DNA of 39,287 nt from Octopus sinensis (GCF_006345805.1 NW_021835526.1:1-39287); one strand, 5' to 3'; numbered from the stretch's first letter, positions 10,150 through 22,985 are shown. Notes: generated by a model not told the origin, from the letters alone. Numbers and translations: made by a program.

Positions 10150-10700
10150 AGCCAGAATGAGTTAAGCTAAAAAGTACTGAAGTAAAAATATTCTCTTAGA
10201 GACATAGAATAGAATGATTTAGAATTAAACCTCTTGAGGTAGCTCTTATAAATAACTGACTAGAGCAGACTTTGAAAGCAATTGAAACCAAATTATTGCG
10301 AAATATATAGCAAATAGAGTAGTAGCAGTTATATGACTCTGATTTACAGCAATTCTGATTGGAACTAGGTCTCAGCAATCTCCCTCAATAACAACAACAC
10401 GCGATCTCATATCATCATGAAAAAGGACGTGACAATTGTGAATATATTTACCAAGACAACCAATTTGTTCGAGACGTATCCATAACGCATAATTATTCAT
10501 GAAATCTCTACTCAAACCATTTCATATGCAGTTCAAATACCTGTGATAATATGTTACTATATCCTCCTTCAGTGCGAAAAGCCGATTGAGACGGGAAAGA
10601 AAGAATATCCCAATATGTTAACTGAGCCTATCCATGATTATCCTGTTCAACATTTTCCTTACATCACTGAGGCGATAAATGTCTCAGATTATATGGCATG
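10150..10700 (-). pseudogene. Degenerate RTE-clade LINE, RT portion
   Basis: ISL..RKMLNRIIMDRL, SQSAFR, FHDDMRSRVVV, AVNQ.HITATTLFAIYF (GVKQGCVLAPTLF-like). Confidence 0.7.
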
Positions 10701-10702
10701 TA

Positions 10703-11268
10703 TTGGGTTGTCCGGAAAGTTTATGCCGATTTTTAAAGGAAAGAAAAAGGTCAATAAATACTTGTCATTACATTTTTAATCAACCAAATATGAACCATTG
10801 TGTTGCACAATGCATCTCCATCTTTCCTTTAACTTGAAAACACCTTCTTCCCAGAATTGAGGTGGTTTCATGGCAAAGAATTCATTAAGGTATCTTTTTA
10901 CGTCATCCAAAGAATTGAAATTTTTACCATTAAGACTATTCTGCAGAGACTTGAATAAGTGGAAATCCGAAGGAGTAATATCTGGTGAATATGGAGGTTG
11001 GGGTAACACATCCCAGCCGAGCTGCAGCAATTTGTTTCTGGTTCCCAAAGCATCAAGTGCCGAAAATGGACTTTCTTATCTTCCCTTTTAATGGGTTACA
11101 GAATTAACACAGGTTATAGGAACATAAACCTTCTTCCACGAAAAGATAGTTTAAACTGTGCTCTAAATGGAGGTGTAGTTAAATCCTATTTTATGGACTC
11201 AATTATGTTCTAAAATAAGTCGAAATATAAGCTACTATAAATCGGCACGAAATTTCCGGCCAACCCAA
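10703..11268 (-). mobile_element. Internally deleted mariner element with both TIRs and TA TSD
   Basis: Imperfect ~30-bp TIRs TTGGGTTGTCCGGAAAGTTTATGCCGATTT / AAATCGGCACGAAATTTCCGGCCAACCCAA, TA on each side; C-terminal transposase QPPYSPDITPSDFHLF...RWRCIVQHNGSY (10776-11048). Confidence 0.92.
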
Positions 11269-11289
11269 TATTTATCATCTTCACCTTTC

Positions 11290-12100
11290 AGCATCGTATC
11301 GTTTCATTTACTCAAATATTATATATAATAATGAGACTGAAAATATAAAATCTCATTTTCCTCTAGTTTCGACAATACTGCTGGAATGCCATCAGTGCCT
11401 GGAGCCTTTGCATTTTTAACTTTGTTCAAAACAATTCACTTTTTCATTCAATATTGTTAGATTATCAAGGTGTTTTCTTTTTTTTAATGAAACTTTCGTG
11501 TCAAGTTCCTACGAAGGACCAACCAAAGTTTCATGAGCATTTTAGCAGATCACTTCTCAAAGACCATAACTTGATGTAATGAAATTCCATAATATCCTTG
11601 TTATCGTATGATTTCTGAAAATTATAGGCAAGCTTAATCCCTTTAATTTACATGCTTTTATTTTCCCTCAGAATCATCATCGTATGAGTTTTATACTGAA
11701 GCAATGTATTTTTATTTTCGCAAAGTTGGTCTCTTTCCAAGGAAAATAAGCGTAGTATATGCTCATTATTATCGTCAAACAAGACATAGCTTTTAGATTT
11801 TGTTCTTTCATTATTCCATTTGAAAGATTTTAAAAATTTGACTTTGATGTCATTCATTTGCAACTGAATGTAAACATTGTCGTAGCCAACGAGTACAGTC
11901 ATCAATATAATCACCATCATAGGTTTCGTACATATACACATAGATGCGTAAACTTGTAACAACTGCATATCTCTCCATATGATTTCATATCTGTGTCACC
12001 TCAACTGTCAATACGGTTATGCCTTAAATACTAATGCAGAAGAAAAAACACATTCTGCTATTTTCATTTATGTTTCTTTATAACTCACTATTCGTTTAAT
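11290..12100 (-). pseudogene. Degenerate RTE-clade LINE, APE and pre-RT portion; same element as 10150-10700, split by the mariner
   Basis: LLQVYAS, WNNERTK..YVL, then KAPGTDGIPA; collinear with the downstream RT. Confidence 0.55.
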
Positions 12101-12411
12101 ATCAATATGCTTCTCAGCTTCAAACTACATTTAATTGTAAAGACACCACACCTAAAATCTATTGATTATACATCAATTAAGTCTTCATTAGTGTTTAATG
12201 CAATATTCATTAGACATATCTCGTACAATCAACGTAAAATTTACATTTCCTCAACATAAAATATTTGATATTGAACTTATGTTAGGAAATTGCAGGTAAG
12301 ACAATATTATGGTGTATAAGTTTCAAAAGACAAAAGTATTTCGACAGATAGGGCCAGGGGACGAAAGGGAGCAGTAGTTTCCATAGGTCTCAATTTTTCG
12401 CTCAAAATTTT

Positions 12412-12878
12412 TCGACTACTGCGGATATTACGTTCCAGAACACCCCGCGATAGGTGAAAATCCACGAAGAAGAAATAGTACTGAATATTTTTAAAAATGA
12501 ATTTATATTTTGAATATATATATTTTATTATAAATGCAAAACAACACCACACACTCGTCTCCCGAGTTTCGTTTTCCATACAGTATGTGCGATTCATTAT
12601 TTATTCATCTACAGTACGCTACGTATTTACCTTTAACATAATTAATGTGTTATACAGTGCAGTACTGTACTATAATTTTATTTATTAATTTTTAAGCATG
12701 AAAGTGCCTATTTTACCACAGAAAAATAAAATCTAAAACGAAATAAATACCTATCGGCCGCAGAAATCCGTGACATCCTGAGGAGTCCGCGATATAAATT
12801 TACATATATTAGTCAGAAAAATCCTCGATGTACTGAGGTCGCGATAGATGAACCGAAATATGGCGAGTGATAACAGTA
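12412..12878. mobile_element. Tigger/pogo-like MITE, left TIR truncated
   Basis: Right end CGCGATAGATGAACCGAAATATGGCGAGTGATAACAG-TA; left-end remnant TCGACTACTGCGG...CCGCGATAGGTGAAAATCC. Confidence 0.55.
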
Positions 12879-13134
12879 TATCCTATAGTTCATCATGGCA
12901 CAACTTCCTATCGCGGCTGCAATATTCTCTATAAGAAAGTAATCACTCTTTTCTCATATTTCGGTATTATAGCATGACCATTATAACATTCAAGAACATG
13001 TTTACGAGTAAGAACAGATGCATATTAATTTTCAAAAAGCAAATATGAGAGAAATGTTTTAACGATAAAGGTTTTGCATAGAGCATAAGCTTTTGATAGT
13101 TAGCATAATCTTTTAATAGTTGAAATGATATTTT

Positions 13135-13343
13135 TATTTCTTTATTGCTCACAGGGGCCGAAACATAGAGAGGACAAACAAGGACAGACAAAGGGATTAA
13201 GTCGATTACATCGACCTCAGTACGTAACTGCTACTTATTTAATCGACCCCGAAAGGATGAAAGGCAAAGTCGGCCTCGGCGGAATTTGAACTCAGAACGT
13301 AACGGCAGACGAAATACGTGCTAACGATTCTGCCAGCTCGCCA
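13135..13343 (-). mobile_element. Meta/MESC-like SINE
   Basis: Matches 1807-2030. Confidence 0.85.
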
Positions 13344-13389
13344 ATATTAATAATTATTAATATTTTATCGACATACATACATACATACA

Positions 13390-13465
<76 letters not shown>

Positions 13466-14002
13466 TTGTGTGTTGTGTATGTGTGTGTGTGTGTGTTGTT
13501 TACACGATCGCACAATGTGCAAGAAACTGCAGCTAAATCTCACTTTTAAAAAATGGATATATTTTATACAGAATTCTTGAGAATAAAACAGGATAATAAA
13601 GGTCTGCTGGACGAGGTCGACATAGGTTATTGAGAAATATATACTCAAATCATTAAAAGCCGACAACGACAATACAATATATAATGAATACATACATTGA
13701 ACATTAAATATCCCATTTCCTTTTTTTTTTCTATCTCGATATCGTTGATTCTTTTTCAGTTTTCTGTTATCTTCTTCGTTTTTGTTTCACTCAATTATTA
13801 AATACGTGGATTTTGCAGGGGAAGAGAAAAGTATCAGTCAATATATTAATTATATATATATCGATGAAAATGAATAACAAATAAATAAATAACATCTTTC
13901 CCATAGCATGTATGTAGTCATCTATATGTATGCGTCTATGTAGAAACGTATGAATAGGTTACATAGATATTTCCATAATTCTAAGTTGGTGAGCATTGAT
14001 AT

Positions 14003-14320
14003 GTGGAGGCGAAATGGCCCAGTGGATAGGGCAGCGAACTCGCGGTCGGGAGATCGCGGTTTCGATTCCCAGACCGGGCGTTGTGTGTGTTTATTAAGCG
14101 AAAACACCTAGAAGCTCCGCGAGGCTCTAGTAAGGGGTGGTGGCCACCCCTGTTGTACTCTTCCCCCCCCCCCAACTTTCTCTCACTCTTTCTTCCTGTT
14201 TCTTGAGTAACGCTGCGATGAACCGGCGTCCCGTCCTGCTGGGGAAAACACATTCGCCACAGAAACCAGGATACCGGGCCCATGAGCCTGACTAGGCTTG
14301 AAAAGGGCAAGGGAGAAGAG
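14003..14320 (+). mobile_element. tRNA-derived SINE with V-domain-like 3' segment
   Basis: TGGCCCAGTGG (A box), GGTTTCGATTCCC (B box), CTGCGATGAACCGGCGTCCCGTCC. Confidence 0.75.
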
Positions 14321-14647
14321 GAACATTGATATAAATTCAAACACACACACATAAATGTGTACCTATTTGTCTTCTATCAGGTGTTGTTATAGTAATCTAA
14401 TCAGTGTTTTACCTAGAATGAGCTGTTCAATAAAAGCATAGTGTAAACTGGTGACACAATAAAACTATATTGACAATCTAGGTAACATATTGAAGGCTAT
14501 TTCAGATATTTCTATTTCCATAAAAATGTGTGTGTGTATGGGAACGATGATTTACCCTCGTAAATACTAATCGGACACAGACAGTGTGTCGTTAGCCAGC
14601 CGGAGGTGATGTCCTCCTGGGGATAAAAACAACAGTAACATCGTCCT

Positions 14648-14918
14648 CTATAAAACTGAAAGAAGCCTGTTGCGTGCGCTCGCATGTGTGCGTATGTGTG
14701 CCTCTCTGTGTCTGAGTTTGTCCCCCCCCCGCCACCACCACCACTTGACAGCCGGCGTTCGTGTATTTACGTCCATGTAACTGAGCCGTTTGGCATAGTA
14801 CATCGGTAGAAAAAGTACCAAGCTTAACAGAAACTAAGTATTTGGGTCGATTCATTCGACTAAAATAATTCTTTAAAGCGGTACCCCAGCTTGCCCGCAG
14901 TCTAATGATTGAAACAAT
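14648..14918 (+). mobile_element. Headless 3' part of the CORE-type SINE family, diverged
   Basis: Homologous to 15720-15970. Confidence 0.7.
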
Positions 14919-14998
14919 ATTTAATATCAATTTTTTAAAATAAATTTTTCTTTTGATGTTTATGTACATACATATATATATATATGTATGTATGTATG

Positions 14999-15057
<59 letters not shown>

Positions 15058-15584
15058 ACATATGTAGGATAAAATATATTTCTACTTGTTCTCTCTCTCT
15101 CTCCCCCCCTATATGTAGGTGTGTGTGTGTAATACAGGTGGCTTACTCGCAATTTATAACCGAAAGGCGGAACTATAGACTTCAGTTAAAATGACGGAGA
15201 GTACTGACTCTTATTTCTAGCAAAGCTGGTGCTAAGTAGTACTCTTAGTCTCTTAAGCGACATCTATACTTCTACCTTGCGAGTAAGCCATCTTTATTAT
15301 TTATAATTTTCACTTTTACCAGTTATGAAATCAGCGTATGATTTCTACGGTGGCTCTTATAAGCAGACAAGGCGAGCTAGATTGACTTCGGGTAAGAGCC
15401 ACTAGCATTAATCAAATGACAAATCACTGTCATAACATATGTGCTTTTTCGTGGCTAAGGGTTGTTTTGACTTTTATTCCTAATAATGGAGCTGTTAACC
15501 TGTACCCCTAGTCATATTAGTGAAGTGTACATATATATATATATATATATAATATATATATATATATATTATATATATATATAT

Positions 15585-15984
15585 GGAGTGGCTGTGTGGT
15601 AAGTAGATTGTTTACCAACCGCATGGTTCCGGGTTCAGTCCCGCTGCGTGGCACCTTGGGCAAGTGCCTTCTACTATAGCCTCGGGCCGACCAATGCCTT
15701 GAGTGGATTTGGTAGACGGAAACTGAAAGAAGCCCGTCGTATATGTGTATATATATACATATGCGTGTGTGTGCTTGTGTGTCTGTGTTTGTCCCCCCAG
15801 CATTGCTTGACAACCGATGCTGGTGTGTTTATGTCCCCGTTACTTAGCTGTTCGGCAAAAGAGACCGATAGAATAAGTACTGGGCTTTACAAAAGAATAA
15901 GTCCCAGGGTCGAGTTGCTCGATTAAAGGCGGTGCTCCAGCATGGCCGCAGTCAAATGACTGAAACAAGTAAAAGAGAAAAGAG
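15585..15984 (+). mobile_element. tRNA-derived CORE-type SINE
   Basis: GGAGTGGCTGTGTGGTAAG...GGGTTCAGTCCC...CACCTTGGGCAAGTG, internal (TA/TG) tract, tail GAAACAAGTAAAAGAG. Confidence 0.9.
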
Positions 15985-16966
15985 TATATATATATATATA
16001 TATATATATATAGGTTATGAGAGGTAATGGTGTCAGTGAGACCCAAAAGGATGAAAGGATATAATATACAAGCTGTAAGACCTATTTATAAATGTTCTAA
16101 AATCTACACAGCCTTGGTGTTTTATCTTATTACGGAATAATATAATATATCTATATATATATATATCTATATATATATATATTGGAAATAGTGAAATATA
16201 TATATATATATTTATGTGTGTGTTATATTTTAGAATAACAACGAAGGATTTATTGACGGGGAACTCTATACTACAAGTAGAGGACAATTTATTATAAAAT
16301 GCGTTTTAACTTGAACTTCAAGTTTCACCGAACAGTTTATTCTGCAAGTGAAGAAAGTATTTCTTTCATTATTACAACTGTGAAATTCAGAAGTATTTGA
16401 AATTCAAAATAAAAGGCGATTTATTATTTAAGCAACAGCATACATCTGATGAGTTTCAAAGACAGAATGAATAACTTTAAAGTTGGGTATGTGATTTTAA
16501 CAACAACCGTATTCCATGACATCAGAAGCCACGTCTAATATTCAAGTTTTCCATCAATTTTCCTATATAAGCAGCACAAAGAAAAAATTTTCTTCACTTG
16601 TTGAATAACGCGGCATCTAAGACAGAAACCTCAAGTCAAATCGACTAAAACGCACACACACAAACACACACACACACATACACACAAACACACATGCACA
16701 CACACACAACACAACATATATATAATATCATTATATATATATAATATATATATATTTACAAATATACATGTATATATACGTATCTACTTGTAAATATTAT
16801 ATATTTTATATTATTATATATGTGTATGATGTGTGTGTATTACATGTATGTATGTAAATGTATATATATATATACATACATTTACATACATGTAATACAC
16901 ACACAGATGTATATATATTTGTATACAGATACATATGTACATCTATATATATATATACATGTATAC

Positions 16967-17030
<64 letters not shown>

Positions 17031-17305
17031 AATGAGAGGTGGAGGGACAAAGAGATATCAAGGGAGACAGACACCAATTTGAATCAATACTCAAAGAAAT
17101 TGTATTTAGGGACGAATGTGATTTATAAAACCTTACTTACTCACGCACATGCACACACACACACTCAAGCATATTTAGATTTATAGACCCACACACATAC
17201 ACACACACACTCACATACATACATACATGCTTAAACATTTGGACTACCATTTGGATGGCCACTTCAAGCATAGTTCTGAACATGAACATGTATATAAGGG
17301 CGTGA

Positions 17306-17346
<41 letters not shown>

Positions 17347-17381
17347 ACTAGACTGTGTATATATATATAACTAGACTGTAT

Positions 17382-17425
<44 letters not shown>

Positions 17426-17798
17426 TGTATGTATGTATGTATGTATGCATGTATATATACATATATATATAATATAACTATGATCATGTATGTACTTACG
17501 GATAGTAGGCGGATAAATATTAGCGATTGTTTTCCATTGTTATGAAAACTTTTTTTGCATTTACATATTTGTAGAATTTTTCCGTCTCACATTAGTGATC
17601 TTTCGCTGTTTCCCAAGTGTGAAACCTCTTTGAGTTTAGGAATATTGCATTTGGTATTACCGATATTACGTACTTCAGACTTCATTGTGTTATTTAATCG
17701 AGTGCCACCTTTAATATGGAAGTTATATTATGATATTTAAATGTGAAATATGATCGTAAAATTATGAGTTAATCCGTTCAATTGGGTATAATACGTTT

Positions 17799-18147
17799 AT
17801 TATTACCTCCGCCTAAGCGAGTGCGGAGGTCTTATTTGCAATCGTGTTTGCTTGTCTGTTTGTCTTTGGACAATGTATCTCAAGAACCGCTGGATGGATT
17901 CCGATGAAACTTTGGGGGATGTTTGATCTCGTAACTGGTACGAACTGATGAGATTTTGGAATGAATCTGGTACTGAACAAGGATTCTGAACTATTTTTCC
18001 TGTGTTATTACTTAATTTCTGAGCGCGGTCGTGTTCATTTTTAGTGTTCACGTTTATGAGAGCAGTAGAGTTTATTTCAGAGAATGTCATTTCAAAAAGC
18101 ATGCCTGGCTAATCGTTGAGAGGAGTTTGCGCTCTTTGAGTACCCTT
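17799..18147 (+). mobile_element. Helentron-associated non-autonomous element (HINE/DINE-1-like)
   Basis: 5' inverted repeat ACCTCCGC...GCGGAGGT, short GTCT/GTTT tract, CTGGATGGATT..GATGAAACTTT core, 3' hairpin GCTCTTTGAGT, T-rich flanks. Confidence 0.65.
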
Positions 18148-18157
18148 GTTGTTGTTG

Positions 18158-18237
<80 letters not shown>

Positions 18238-18250
18238 GTTATTATTATTA

Positions 18251-18416
18251 GCAGTATTTCGCCCGTCGCTATGTTATGAGTTTAAATTCCGCCGAGGTCA
18301 ATTTACCTTCCAACTTTCAGGGTCGATAAAATAAGCATCAGTTGAAAACTGGGGTCGATGTGATCGACTCGTCTCCTCCCCCAAAGTTGCTGCCCTTGTG
18401 GAAAAATTTGAAAACA
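18251..18416 (+). mobile_element. Meta/MESC-like SINE, plus orientation, between (TTA)n tracts
   Basis: AAATTCCGCCGAGGTC...GGGTCGATAAAATAAG...GGGGTCGAT. Confidence 0.75.
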
Positions 18417-18427
18417 TTATTATTATT

Positions 18428-18642
18428 CTATGTTTGACTTTTGCTTTACATTTGTAAAAGTTGGCTTCAAGTCTCACCCAGAGACCTCAAGCGATAAGTT
18501 GGAAGTTCATGTTGGTGTTATGCCTAGGGTGCCATATATTTGGTTTTGTACTTAGTGTTGTACTAATGAATGTCTAAAAATCCATACGAAAATTATGTTT
18601 GCTTTAAAACTTGAGATTACATAGAAAGTATTTTGCGTAGGT
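18428..18642 (-). mobile_element. R4/Dong-type retrotransposon 3' end, subfamily A
   Basis: Same 3' UTR as 25213, 26371 and 28371 (GAGGTCTCTGGGTGAGACTTG...); (AAT)n tail. Confidence 0.85.
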
Positions 18643-18643
18643 A

Positions 18644-18706
<63 letters not shown>

Positions 18707-18710
18707 TATT

Positions 18711-20143
18711 GCTTTTGCATAGCTTTTAACACTGAAGATGTACTACAGTATCAGCTGTTCACTACAAGTGCATTACGGTGACACCTCATATTTTTCGAGC
18801 ACCTTCCGGAGCATTCGGGTGTGTCAATCAGTGCTGTTTTCTGCAAGTGCCCACCCTTATTGCAGCCCCTATTTGTTCCACGCACTTCTTGAGATTTTTA
18901 CTCACTGTTCCCAGGGTTCCGACAATTATTGGTCTACTGCTACCTTTTTCATCGACCACAACTGCTTAACTTCCCAGCTAACCTGTCATATCTCTCCGAT
19001 CTTCTTTCTTCCTTATCGCATAGCTTGTGAGCTGGGCATGCTATATCTATCATCCAGCATAGTTTGCTTTCTGTCTCAAGACTATGTCCAGCTTCCTATT
19101 CTCTATCTCATGGTCGCACTGAATCATAAAATCCCATAGGATCTTTGCATTTCTATTTTCGACCATACCTTCAGGTTTGTGGTCGTACCAATTTTTTTCT
19201 CTTTCAAGTCCCATACTTGTTGCAAAGTGTCCAATGGACAAGCCTTGCTACATTGTGGCGTCTCTTATATTTCTTCTGGGCTAGTGGCGTACATTTGCTG
19301 ATAATATGCCATATGGTTCCACCATTTTGTCCACAAATTCTGCACTTATCACTTTCTGCTGTGTTGTCTAATCTGTATTTTATGTAGTTAGCTCTTAGTG
19401 CTTGCTCTTGGGCAGCACATATTAGAACCTCTGTTTCCGGTTTTAAATCACTTTTAGACATCCACAGACATCTGTTTTCTCTGTTGTCTTGTCTTCATCA
19501 TCACTATGAAATTGATCATGCATTCTCTTCTTTACTCACCTATTTTCAGTTTCATTCGTTTTCAATTCCTTGTATAGTGCTTTATCTTTGCAATCTTTCA
19601 TTCTACACAAGCCTGACCTTCTTACGTCTAATAATAGCAGTTCTGTGGCATTTTTGCATACCATGCTATGTTGTTTTCTTCTGTTCTAATGCTGTGTTCG
19701 CATCCAGTAAGTCCTCTTCCCCTTCTTTTTCTTGGTACATACAGTTTGTCTGTGTCAGTTTTTGGGTGCATTGTCCCATATCTAGTCAGCAACTTCTTTG
19801 CCTTTCTGTCTAAGCTGTTTGGTCGTCTACTGTCCATGCGCTTACCCCTGCTCCATATCTAAGGAGTGAAACCGCCCAGGTGTTGATCGCTTCGATCTTA
19901 TTCCGTCCATTTCATTTCGATTTTAAGATCAGTCTCAGTCTGCGCAAGTATTCCACATAAATTTTTCTGTCATTTCTTTCTCCGACAATTTATCCATTTC
20001 CATAATTCCCAAGTACTTATAGCTTGTCTCTTCTATCTGCTTAATAATCTCCCCCGACGGTATCGATAGCCCGTCCATTCATTTGATTTTGCCTCTCTTC
20101 AACTCTAACCCACCACACTGTCTCAGTCCGAACTCCATTCTGT
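18711..20143 (-). mobile_element. 5'-truncated R4/Dong-type retrotransposon, subfamily B (RT end, CCHC finger, RLE)
   Basis: YKYLG, AINTWAVSLLRYGAG, LYVPRKR.GRGL, LKPETEVLICAAQEQAL, CRICGQNGGTIWHIISKC, ILWDFMIQCDHEIENRKLDIV; (AAT)n tail; several frameshifts. Confidence 0.92.
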
Positions 20144-20421
20144 CTTCTTCTTCTTCTTCTTCTTCTTCTTCTTCTTCTTCTTCTTCTTCTTCTTCTTCTT
20201 CTTCTTCTTCTTCTTCTTCTTCTTCTTCTTCTTCTTCTTCTTCTTCTTCTTCTTCTTCTTCTTCTTCTTCTTCTTCTTCTTCTTCTTCTTCTCTCTTCTT
20301 CTTCTCTTCTTCTCTTCTTCTTTTCTTCTTCTTCTTTCTTCTTCTTCTTCTTTCTTCTTCTTCTTATTATTATTATTATTATTATTATTATATTATTATT
20401 ATTATTAATATTATTATTATT
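20144..20421. repeat. (TTC)n tract grading into (TTA)n
   Basis: Direct reading. Confidence 0.95.
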
Positions 20422-20540
20422 GAGTGAGAGAGCAGTGCATGCCATCAAGTGACACTGAGGTATAAATATACGAAGCCCAATATACCCATCATGACTACCT
20501 GTCAGATAAGGTTACACCAGGCACATGCATCACAACCATA
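20422..20540 (-). mobile_element. Partial copy of the ~540-bp non-coding (TAA)n-flanked element ('X')
   Basis: Matches 23048-23160; strand inferred from co-orientation with neighbouring tails. Confidence 0.8.
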
Positions 20541-22711
20541 CTTTTAATATCCATGTTTGTTGCAATCACTTGCCGAGACACAACCAGCGTCCTAGGGCAA
20601 GCGAAGGATAAGAAATGTTACAGTTTGACCGAAAACTTAGGGAGGGCAAGTAGCAGTGACACTAGCGAAATATCTTCATGTAATACAACACGTACATTTA
20701 AATTAATGGAATTTTTCTAAGGACGTGGATAGTACTTATCAACACAGTCTTTTAGATATCTCTCAGATATGGTTCTCCAGGGATATTATCTAGATATTTC
20801 TGACATCCCTTTTTTTTTATCATACCTAGGGCACCCGCAATAACAGGAAAAGTTCTCGCTGTAAGATTCCATATCTTTTGTATTTCAAATTCCTGGTCCT
20901 TATATTTACTTAGTATATCAGATTCCTTTACTGATATATTTTTATTAGTAGGAACATGTACATCTATTAGTCTACAAGTGTTTTATTCCCTGTCTTTAAT
21001 AATTATGTCTGGTCAATAAACCTGGATCGTTCGGTCGGTGTTGAGTAGAAAATCCCAGAGGGTAGTGACATTTTTTCCTTCAATGACTGGCTCGGGGTGA
21101 TGTTCATACCAGTAAACAGCAGTGTTGATTTTGTAGTGTTTACATATTTTCCAATATAAATACTGTCCAACCCTACCGTTGCACTTTTTTGTATTCGTTT
21201 GGAGTCAGCACAGGACATCTCGAGACGAGATGGACAATTGTTTCGTAAAATGTGTTGCAGAATCTGTATTTAAGGTCAGAACTGTTGAGAAGAACTTTAG
21301 CCAGGTAGTTTTTTATGAGCAAGCTTAGATCTTGTGCTGCCAATATGGCACCTTCAGTCTCTACTTTCAGTCCTGAACTTCTCAGCCACTGATGGGTTGT
21401 TGCTTGGTCTACAGCAACATTTCGGCTTGAATTATATACTGTCCATGCAGAGGCTTCTGGCCTCACCGTTCCTCAATTTGTTTCTGCCCCTTTTGTTTTT
21501 GCAGTGTGTTTGATCCGTTTGTGCTTGATTTGTGGCAGTGGTTTCTGGTTCATCAATTATTTCGGGGGTTAATACCAAGCTGCCTTGCGAATTTGCAAGC
21601 TTCCTTGACGATAGAATGTGATTTTTTGCTGCTTTCGTGTTTGCACACATGCTGCAGCGTCTAGTCCTCTGTACTAGATTTCAGTTAATGATGTTAAAGC
21701 TATATTGGACTACTGGATGTGCCAGGGTGTTAAAGGCTTCGATGCAATTTTTCGAGTTGAGTTCTGTTTTTAGTATGAGTTTTGCTCTCCTGTAATACAT
21801 CTGTCTTATTTTTTACTTCGTAGTAGCATGTTGTATACCATCTCCTTCGTTTGGTCTACCATGAGATATTTGTGCCCTAATTTGGCTAATTTCAGCGTCA
21901 GTCGACCTTTTATTCTTATTACGTCTATAACTGCATATTACGTTGCCTACTACGTTTCTGCTTCAAATGTAAGTTTGTACTATAAAGTTATTGTTTGGGT
22001 TTAGTTGGGCTGTATAGAAAGCTTTCAAGACATCTCTCTAATCCTCTCTAATCCATTTTACGCATTTTGCTTTAGGTGATGGCTTTGGCGGCGTCACTAC
22101 ACGGTTTAGAATTTGGATTATCCTGGATCTGTTTACCTTGTAGATCGTTTTTTAGAGATTTTGTTGCAGCAGCACACTTTTCGAACCCAATCTGGTTCTA
22201 CACTGAGTAACACGTTCCTTGTTGTCCGGTGTGATGACTGGGTTTAGGCTTGTTATTAGGACATTGACAATGACAATTGGAGACGGGTCTGTTTGTTCAG
22301 AGTTGACTTTTTGACCTGACACCACTTCCATATTCTTCGAAACGATATATTGATCGTAATGTAGGCTGATAGATTGAAAATCGACTTTTTTTTTTGTTAG
22401 ATATATTTCCCGGCATAACTGTTTTAAACTTAGTGACTAATTTCCCCCTTTTATATTAATTTGTGGGAAGTCGCTCTATTTTTTGTTTGGTACATGCGAT
22501 TTTTTTTTCTTTTATTTTACGTGTGTGTCGCGAGGCATTATTTATTTTCCATATAAATATTAACTCGTGCATGTTTCCTGCTGTTGGTTTCGATTTCTCG
22601 TATATGTTGCATTGAGATATCGTGCATTGAAGAAAGAAACTACACTTTATATCACAAAAGTATTGCCGGTTTTTTAGTTCCCCTGTTTTAATAGAACACT
22701 TCCCACAGCTC
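20541..22711 (-). mobile_element. R4/Dong-type retrotransposon, subfamily C: both ends present, RT domain deleted
   Basis: 5' UTR plus N-terminal KW.RED...F...QLNPNNNF...KR.TDAEISQIRAQI joined directly to NEGDGIQHA...ELNSKN; then WLRSSGLKVETEGAILAAQD, CCHC remnant, RLE. Confidence 0.8.
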
Positions 22712-22816
22712 TTATTATTATTATTATTATTATGATTATTATTATTATTATTATTATTATTATTTTATTATTATTATTCTAATTATTAGTATCATGTTAT
22801 ATTATTACTATTATTA

Positions 22817-22849
<33 letters not shown>

Positions 22850-22985
22850 CTTCATCATCATCACATCATCATCATTATTATTATTATTTTGTTATCCTCC
22901 TCTCCTCCCCCTCCTCATCGTCATCATTGTTATTATTATAATTATTATTATCATCATCATTATCATTTTCTTCTTCTTCTTCTTC

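Noticed and set aside
14003-14075. tRNA-like A/B boxes here and at other SINE heads
   Set aside because: No complete cloverleaf, and each continues into a SINE body, so these are not tRNA genes.
15350-15402. 10-bp inverted repeat GTGGCTCTTA/TAAGAGCCAC resembling a histone stem-loop
   Set aside because: The spacer is 33 nt instead of 4 and no histone ORF is adjacent.
16445-16470. CTGATGA followed by a small hairpin
   Set aside because: GAAA is not positioned after the stem. The same applies to CTGATGA at ~17935 and CTGACGA in element X.
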